Source: Nitrospirota bacterium (GTDB taxonomy: Bacteria > Nitrospirota > UBA9217). From it: 64,000 nt of DNA. The number at the start of each line of letters is the position of its first letter. Within the stretch, counting starts at the first letter, position 1. Shown piece after piece: positions 41,813-49,500 of this stretch. Where the stretch lies: assembly GCA_963751455.1 (NCBI GenBank), contig CAVVUN010000015.1, positions 672,001 through 736,000 on the forward strand, in the 5' to 3' direction. Position numbers and translations under genes: made by a program. The notes beneath the pieces are model-generated. The model saw nothing but the letters and a program-made list of their open reading frames with translations, ran no database searches and had not been told where the DNA came from.

Positions 41813-42987
41813 GCGTATTGCCTCTTGTATCCGGGAACCATGCTGCTCTGTGATTCCTGCCTTTCAGGATTCACATGCTCCTTGTAAATATGAATCTTAT
41901 TCTTCCCGGTACCGCTTACGATAAACCGCACAGCGTCCTTAATTCCGAACCGCGGCTTTGTCGCTGCAAAATTACGAGCCGCCAAAATAGCGTTATCCTG
42001 TTCCTCGATATTTAGGCCGTTGAAAGCCGCTGCTGCTTCCTGCTTAGAACCCTTACGCCCGTCTTCTCTCGCTGGGTACGCCGTCCAGAATAATAGAAAC
42101 TTGTCGCTGTATTGCGGGTCTCCCTGTTCTGTCGGCTTTTTTGGTGTTCGTGTCTTCTGGCGCCTTTGGCGTTCGGGCCCCGTGACCTGGTGAGTTCGGC
42201 CGGCTTTCGTGGGATTCGCGTCTGTCTCTGATCCGGACAAAATAAGACTCTGTGCGTGCGCAGGAGCTAAATTTACAGGCTCTGTTCCATCAAGACGTAA
42301 AGAGATATCAGGTTTGCCCTTTGATTCGGTCTTTTCACGATCGATATCAGGCAGCGTTGAACCGTCTTCCGGTGAAACGCATTCTTTTGTTTGTTGTATA
42401 AGTGTATATTGTGGTCCCGGTTTTCCGTTACTGCTGTCCGGTTTTCCGTTACTACCTACAGCTGAGTAACGCTTTTCCGTTACAGTAACGGTTTTCCGTG
42501 ACTTCCCCTTTTGGGAGATGTTTTTCCACTTCGTATAGTCTTTTTGAAAGCCTACTTTTGCTCCTGATCGTGTCAGGATATTTCTCTCGCAGAGATCCTT
42601 GAAGGCCTCATATACCCGCTGCTTTTTAAGGCCGGTTTTTTCAATAAACTGCTCGTATGCAATCCAATCAAGCTTCTTGTCCCATCCATAAGTTTTCCGG
42701 AAAACGACCATCAGTATTCGCCAGCCATGGCCACTGATTTTCACCCTGGCAAGAGCTTCAAGGATCTCATCGGCGATCTTCGTATAGCCGTTCTGAAGTT
42801 GAGGGCTTGCACCCATCCTCATTTCCGATTCTGGTGCCCCTGCTTTGATTGCCAGCCGTGAAGAATCTATCTCTGGCAGCGGTGGTAGAAGGGCGCCGAT
42901 CTCCGACACTGCCCGTCCTTCTTTCATGGCACTAAGCGCCCAGTGCGGGAGGTGGAATCTATCATGATGTTCATCTCTGGCCAGCAT
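41809..42987 (-). CDS. Lambda O-like phage replication initiator
   Basis: NGYTKIA.EILEAL....S....RI...V.RKTYGW.KK.DWI...QF...TG; C-terminal FW..YP...K..A motif; GGAGGTG RBS. Confidence 0.85.
   Translation of the reverse strand: MLARDEHHDRFHLPHWALSAMKEGRAVSEIGALLPPLPEIDSSRLAIKAGAPESEMRMGASPQLQNGYTKIADEILEALARVKISGHGWRILMVVFRKTYGWDKKLDWIAYEQFIEKTGLKKQRVYEAFKDLCERNILTRSGAKVGFQKDYTKWKNISQKGKSRKTVTVTEKRYSAVGSNGKPDSSNGKPGPQYTLIQQTKECVSPEDGSTLPDIDREKTESKGKPDISLRLDGTEPVNLAPAHAQSLILSGSETDANPTKAGRTHQVTGPERQRRQKTRTPKKPTEQGDPQYSDKFLLFWTAYPAREDGRKGSKQEAAAAFNGLNIEEQDNAILAARNFAATKPRFGIKDAVRFIVSGTGKNKIHIYKEHVNPERQESQSSMVPGYKRQYA
42417..42502. repeat. Iteron array, probable replication origin within the O-like gene
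   Basis: Four TTTTCCGT(T/G)AC units, the first two exact CCGGTTTTCCGTTACT 21 bp apart, next to an AT-rich tract at 42381-42410. Confidence 0.8.
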
Positions 42988-42994
42988 ATCAAGC

Positions 42995-43234
42995 TCACCT
43001 CCTCGCAGCATACATCTTCGCACGCAAGACCTTATAGGCTGCGATAAAATCTTGGATCGGCACGCTTTCGTTCCCGTTGTATTTAGCGATGATAGCATTA
43101 ACTTCGTCAGAGGAGGCGTGAACGAAAACTGACAGATCCCGGTCAACTTCGAGGTTAGGCGCTTTTCGGGTGATTGCGAAGATCGCGGAGGACAGAAAGA
43201 TATCTCTTGTCTTGAACTGTTGGCTGGTAGGCAT
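42995..43234 (-). CDS. DUF5659-like small phage protein
   Basis: F.TRDIFLSSA...F...Y.....V....F...YK.LR pattern; AAGGAG RBS; first gene of the replication operon. Confidence 0.55.
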   Translation of the reverse strand: MPTSQQFKTRDIFLSSAIFAITRKAPNLEVDRDLSVFVHASSDEVNAIIAKYNGNESVPIQDFIAAYKVLRAKMYAARR

Positions 43235-43299
43235 TATCATTCTCCTTTCCTTTTGCATTGTCAAAATTACAAATACACTACATACAACAGACTTTTGAA

Positions 43300-43955
43300 G
43301 CGGGAGCTCGACAACGAGGAATTATCGTGAGTTGTCGATACTCCGAGCGTGGCTGCTACTGCGAGTCGCTGAGCGGCTTCGCCTTATCGGTGCCAAGTAC
43401 TCCGGATCCGATGGCCTGTATTTGCCGAGCGGCGCTCGGATTCGCGTTGCCGTCGACCACTGCGAGACCTGATTCGATCGGCGAAAAATATCATTGTTTC
43501 CCGTGTACCGCAGGAGCACTATTTCGGCGAGCCCTATGGGTCGTCGCCCTCGGTGCGGAGCCAAATTCGGTAGTCCGCACTTTCCAATTCTCTCTGAGCC
43601 CTGAGTGTTTTGGGGAATCATGCCGGAAGGGAGCCCCGCGTCCGGGGGAATCCACTTTCGAGTCAATGAGCCCTGCTCCTGGGAAGTCAAAAAGAACATA
43701 ATCTCTGCGTTCAAAAAAACAGGGTAGCCCACCAAGTAATACGTGTGACAGCACGTAGAGAAGCTTGAGCTTCTGCCTGGTGAACTACCCTGAATTTTTG
43801 ATGAGATCGCTGTCACGACCATAGTCCTCAAGACCCTTTTGCCGTACTATTGGGAGCGGCAAGGCCAAAAAAAAAGCCAGTTCAAAATTCCCTTACGGGA
43901 CTTGAACTGGCTCGTGTGTGCGAGGTGCAGTTAGTAATTTCTATTCAATTGTGAA
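43300..43955 (-). ncRNA. Structured leader RNA of the replication operon
   Basis: Many hairpins, two stem+U-tract terminators, two loop/target complementarities, long-range CAGGAGCA/TGCTCCTG pairing. Confidence 0.55.
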
Positions 43956-43958
43956 GAT

Positions 43959-43987
43959 ATTAAAGCAGAAACTGACCGCCTTGTCAA
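43959..43987 (-). promoter_or_regulatory. sigma70 promoter for the leader and replication operon
   Basis: TTGACA-17-TTTAAT on the minus strand. Confidence 0.65.
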
Positions 43988-44261
43988 TTATTTTTTTTGG
44001 CTTTAAAAGTCCAGGATCCGTTCACGTCCGTCTGTTTCTGAGGAAATTGGCCCTCTTTCTCGAGGCGAACGGCTGCAGAGCGAGATCGTTCACATGCGGG
44101 CACACGGACCATCGGGTCAACCCCGGTCAGGCGGGCCTGCCGCAACAGGAACGCCTTGCGGAGCATGTCCGATGGTCCGTGCTGCAGGGCTGCTACAGCA
44201 AAATCGCCGATGCTCTGATGAAACTCCCGGAGGAGCAATGGCGCCACAGAGGCGATGTGAA

Positions 44262-44423
44262 ATGAGCATGCTTCAACGAAGCACGATATTCACAGTTCTC
44301 TGGACACTCTTCTTGATCTGCCCGGTCGAGCTCGACGCATTCTTTGCTCTCTTCTGGCTGGTTATGCTGATTGTCGGGTTGGCTATGATTGTCATAACAC
44401 CGATAAGGTGGACATTGAAGTAA
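44262..44423 (+). CDS. 53-aa small membrane protein
   Basis: Two hydrophobic segments; GAGG upstream; GC hairpin at 44467-44489 downstream. Confidence 0.45.
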   Translation: MSMLQRSTIFTVLWTLFLICPVELDAFFALFWLVMLIVGLAMIVITPIRWTLK

Positions 44424-44603
44424 CTGCAGGCTGTTTGCTTCACTTGGCTTGTAACTAAAAAGAAGGTGGCCCCCGGTTTCCCGGGGGCCAGATCGTCTCT
44501 CTTCAAAAAGTTTACAATAAAACCCGCTAAAGTTTACAATTCCTCGGACTCAGGCCTACCCCAGACTCGAGATCGTGGCGTACAGGACAAGATTTTTTAT
44601 GGC

Positions 44604-44981
44604 TCATGAGCCAGTCTTCACTATATTCGATATCTGCACAAGAAAATCAAGCTTCCAATGCAGAAACTGCCGTTCATGCTCAGATCGTGAAGGTGATATA
44701 TTCGATGCGAGCTCTGATTGCGTCTTGTCGAATTCGAATGCAACAAATTGAGCAAGGTCGGCTATTGTGGTCGCATCTCGCGCAATCTGTTTCCCGAGAA
44801 GTTCATCGATACGGTGAGCCGTCAAAAGAACGTGGCCGACGGCTTCATCGCTCTTATCTCTCATGTCGGGATGCATTAATTGATATGTATATACGGCATT
44901 TGTTAAAGATGAAACGGAAATCTGCATTAATTGTTGAAGGAGCGCAGCCTCGATCATAGTTTCTCCAATCCGATGAGTCAA
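44604..44981 (-). CDS. Hypothetical protein
   Basis: Abuts the upstream gene, helical composition. Confidence 0.45.
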   Translation of the reverse strand: MTHRIGETMIEAALLQQLMQISVSSLTNAVYTYQLMHPDMRDKSDEAVGHVLLTAHRIDELLGKQIARDATTIADLAQFVAFEFDKTQSELASNISPSRSEHERQFLHWKLDFLVQISNIVKTGS

Positions 44982-45518
44982 TTAATAGCCATAGCAGGAC
45001 ACAGTAACGTCTGCTACAGCGGAGATGGCGGGGGCAAATTTTATCGCTGAAACGGTAATGGTTTCGCTTGGCTGAAGATATTTGGGGCCGCTTTGTGTGG
45101 GTGACACGACATTTCCCTTAGCGGTTTGAACCTTAACATCTCGGAGGTTGAATACTTTTCTTGACGCTGAGTTATTTTTTACGGTGATGGTCAAATATGT
45201 TGCCTGCTTAACCCTAGCCGTGCCGCCGCCTTCCACAGTGCCAGAAGTTGAATTGCCGGCACTTTCGCCATAGAAGGTGCCACGGGTATTAACTAAGACA
45301 GTATCATCATAAGATTGGTAATTGACTACAGCACAGCCAGCTTGATTTTGTGACGCAGAGGAACGCGAAGCGTCAAGTTCGTTCACAGATTCGTGTCTGG
45401 TAGCTGCACTCGCGCCTCTACCATATTGACGATCGAGATCGTCATTGCTTATCATCTGAGCAGAACCAATACAAGGAAACGCGAGGAATACTACGAAAAT
45501 GACAGCCATGAATCGCAT
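44982..45518 (-). CDS. Exported beta-rich protein
   Basis: AAGGAGG RBS, signal peptide MRFMAVIF...SA, Ig-like ITVKN...LQPSET segment. Confidence 0.6.
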   Translation of the reverse strand: MRFMAVIFVVFLAFPCIGSAQMISNDDLDRQYGRGASAATRHESVNELDASRSSASQNQAGCAVVNYQSYDDTVLVNTRGTFYGESAGNSTSGTVEGGGTARVKQATYLTITVKNNSASRKVFNLRDVKVQTAKGNVVSPTQSGPKYLQPSETITVSAIKFAPAISAVADVTVSCYGY

Positions 45519-45898
45519 ATGCCGCACCTCCTTGACGCAAATACCCATGTGTCACCTCCACTTCTGATTTTTAATCTCAAGTGTATTCCTGAACTTGGTG
45601 CATTTCAAGCAAAAAAGCTCCTGGATTCCGCGGTTCATCGCATTATTATCAGATCAGCCTTGATTAAGAATATACGAACCTAATACAAGGAGAATGTAAA
45701 AAAACCCGGTTTCCTGTCCAGACAGCAACCCTTAGAAAACTCACAAATCCGTTGATAATCCGCATCTGTCCAATTGTCCGGCCCCTATATCTGAAAAGAC
45801 GGATAGGTCAAAAAGCCCCCGGCCTGTGAGAGCGCCGGGCTGATCGAAAATCAGCGGCAATTATTCACACAGGTTCGGGCAGTAGCGCTGACCGCACT

Positions 45899-46384
45899 TC
45901 ATCGTGATTCTTCCTTTTGATGTTTGGTATGTTTTTGATATATGTGGACACAAAGGCCGTTGTTGGTGTGAAACGCCTTGTCGCATTGCGTACACTTATG
46001 ATCACGTGTATACCTTTCGGGATGTTCAGCGCGCCATTCCTGCAATTTTTTTTCGTTCTGTTCGCGCCATTCAGCGTGTTGTGTGGTCAGGTGTATATGG
46101 ATGCCCGGACATTTTGTTGTGACAAAATCGCAAAGTGGACATTTATATATATCTAATCGTTTGTCATGAATTATTTGAAGTTCAGAGGAAGACACCGTTT
46201 CGCCTGGACCAGAACGATTGTCTGTTGGAAGTGACAGTAGAATATCTTCTATTGAATGAAACGCAGCACTGTAAATATTAAGTGTCCTTTCCAACCGCTC
46301 TCGAATTAAATCATCTGTTTTTTTACGTTGTTTAATAATTGCAGTTCTTCTTGCAGATCTTTTAAACGGGATCAGCTCGCCCAT
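45899..46384 (-). CDS. Protein with two classical C2H2 zinc fingers
   Basis: YKCPLCDF...IHIHLTTQH and HKCTQCDKAF...LCVHIYQKH. Confidence 0.75.
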   Translation of the reverse strand: MGELIPFKRSARRTAIIKQRKKTDDLIRERLERTLNIYSAAFHSIEDILLSLPTDNRSGPGETVSSSELQIIHDKRLDIYKCPLCDFVTTKCPGIHIHLTTQHAEWREQNEKKLQEWRAEHPERYTRDHKCTQCDKAFHTNNGLCVHIYQKHTKHQKEESR

Positions 46385-46580
46385 AGTTCACCGTCCTTTT
46401 TTAATCGCTCATCTGCGCGAATTTCAGAAATGATTTTTTATTACCCATTTGACCCGGAGGTCGAGCCCCTGTAAGTCGGTGATGTGTCGTATCGGATTTT
46501 TTGCTTTGGGTCATAAAAGATACTCTTATATGACCCATCCACGGTAACACCCGTCGCTCAGGGGCGTCCCGGCACTACTC

Positions 46581-49500
46581 TCATTCCCCTAAGTCTGGCA
46601 AAAAGAAAGTGCGTTCCGATTCTGAGTATTCCCCATACTCCTTCTCGCGGTCCCAAATGCGCAGCCGTATAAAGAAGGCGAGCTTGCGCCCTAACCGTTC
46701 CATTGCGTCGGTGAGCAGCTCCTGATCGATCATGGTCGCCGTGCCGCAGCGCGTCGAACCTCCCTTCGGGTACAGCGGAGTCCAATTGTCGTTCCATATC
46801 CGAGTTCTCGAGGCAATCTTCCCGTCGGATGCGATACAGTCGATACTCTCCCGTGTACATCGGATTTCGGTTTTGGGAACCGTATAAGAGGCGGGAACCT
46901 TCAGCCCTATGGACAAATAGTCGCTTTGCCATGTACCAAACGGTATTGGTATAAGGGAATTGCAGACAGCAACCTCGTCACCCGTTTTACCTCCAGAGCT
47001 TGCTTCCTCGATCGTGATCTCTTCTGGCGGCCCCTTGAGTTCGAAAGTGTCATTAACAAACAGTAATAAATTTTTTTCGTAGAGGTAGGCACTATCAGGT
47101 AGTTCATAATCAGGCGTTATGAGGTGGGCACTGAGGGTAAGGTCGGCATACTTCTGCACCAATGACGTTACTGGCGTATGGAGCGACACGAGCATCATGC
47201 CTTCAGCGCGTGCTGTCTGCACGAGCTCGCGGACGATAGGCGAGAAATTAGCGCCGGGAGCGCAGAATCTTTCAGGGAAGTCCGAGAGCCACACCGGCCT
47301 TGCGACAGGTTCGACATCGAAGAGACCTGCAATCCCGTGAACGATGTCGACGCAAGAGCCTTCCGCGATCCTCTGGGGCATACGCAACTCGCTCACGGCA
47401 TAAGCCAGAGTCCGCAGATAAGCGGAGCGATAGACCTCGCTCATACGCTGCCAGTACTGGCCAATGATTCCCGCACGTGCGTCTGATACGTTGTCGAAAT
47501 AATACGGGTAGCGCGTGTAGTGCGTGCCCAGCTTGTCTCGTAAGGTTTTCCACTCATAGGCCCAGTGCTGGAGAAAGGGGTAGCCGCTCAAGAGTTCCAG
47601 CTTTGTCAGATTGTTCATGAGGATCGGTGGAACATGCGCGGTCTTGTGCTCCTCGAAGTAGCTATCGCTCTCGAAGTCGGCCGGAGCCCGTCCCGAGTGA
47701 GCCTGGCGCCATCCGCCGATGCCGTGCCCCTGTCCATAGGTCCGCTCCAGAATGATGTCGGCGAGAATCGAAGGGCAATGGAGGCGCGATGCGAGCACCG
47801 TGCGCAAGGGTCTACCGTCTGGCGATGTCAGGAAGACGATCGTGAGGATCTGACAGACTTCAGACTCGGTATTACACTGATCGAGATAGTCCAAAAGCGC
47901 GTCCTCCGTTGAGGACCGCGTCCCCGGATCATTGAGAAGGTTGCGGATTTCCTTGGCCGTTCTCCAGCGCGACATTGGCACTGGCCATTTCAGCCGCTCG
48001 AAAAGGAAGGAAAGCGCGAGAGGGGCCGAGGTTGCTAGGAACCATGGTGTCGCCGGGATCGGCTGCTCTCGAACCTCCTCAACCAACGTGTCAACGAAGG
48101 CAGCCGTGATCTTGTCGGCAAGTTCCACCTGCCCGACGAGCATCAGGAAGCGCACCAAGTATTTGTAACCAATGACGAAACTGTAGCGTCGGCGTCGGTA
48201 ATAAGGAAGGGGCACCGACGTGTCCTTGATGTATTGGAGCCAGCGATCCGGATAGTGCTTTGCAGCGAGCCTAATTCGCGTCATTATTTGAGCATCTGAT
48301 TCATAGTAGCTCCAGCCATGGCGATGAATGTGAGCTTTGACGAGCCATGGGTATGCAGCGTCCTTACCTTCGACAGCGAGGCTCACGAGGAAAGCTTCGT
48401 CTAGGACTTCCTCAGCGCTGTAGGTTGTTTCGCTCGTGTCGAAATAGGAGAGGATCGATTGCAGAGCTTTTGATGTTTTGCCCTGGCTCTTCCAGTGATG
48501 GAGCCACTTCGCCATGAATTCCCTGCGGCTCCTGTAATGAAGGGGCACCGCTGCTTTAGCGACGGCGGCGAAATCCTCATAGCTGAATGATGTGGGATCG
48601 ACCTTAGCAGCCTCTTTCTCCTGCTCGGAAAGCTCTTCTTCCTTAGTCTCTTTGATTTCGAGGCCAACTTTGGGCGGTCGGCCTAGAAAGACATTCTGAT
48701 TTTCTAGAAGCTCTTGGGCGGGCTGTTCATTGACCGCTCGGCCCTCGAGAACCCCTAGAGTTCGCTCGTCTAGGAATGTGCGGGCCAGTGCAGCACCTTG
48801 CGGAGATTTGAGATCCATAATCTTCGCGCATTCGTTCAGACACTCGTCGGCATAGGAATATTCGTCCGCCGAAAGGTGATGTCTATAGATGGATGGCAAG
48901 TGGTCGGGTGCAACCTTCGCCACGACTTCGATAAGTTCAGAACGCACGTGATTCGTATCGTCGCCGTCTGTGAATTCCGTGATCATCTCGATAATCGGGA
49001 CGAGCGTTTCGACGTGTGTCCGCGCGACAGCCGGTTTCCTCGCGCTCAACTCGACAACGGCATCGAGCACGTCCATCGCGTGGAGGTCTTTATGCGAGCC
49101 ATATCCGACAAGGCATTCGGCAGCGTGTGCGAGAAACTCGGCCTGTCTTCCATCCTCGTAGAGAAGCGCCATGTTTGCGAGTTCCGTCCAGCGCCCTGAA
49201 CGCTCGCTGAAATCCGTCACCTTCCCTGACAGCGCTTTCGCCTCGTCACCAAGAAGCACCGCCACACCATCTTTATCGAGGAGAGGAATCCTGTTTCCCA
49301 CATTACGTGTCGCCCAGATCGTGTCAGACCAATGGTCGGATTGGCGCGCTATGCTCAGCTCCGAGACAGGCACCCTAGTATTGCTGGGATCGGAAAGTCC
49401 AAGGAAATGAAGATCGACACCGATACGCCGGAGAGCCTCGCTGAAGGCTCGATATTGTGCGGCTTCTTTTTCGGGAGATGGACCCCAATGGACAGGTTCC

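Noticed and set aside
43322-43831. 169-aa Ash/Icd-like protein in the leader
   Set aside because: No recognisable motif and it crosses a terminator-like U-tract; not excluded, but unsupported
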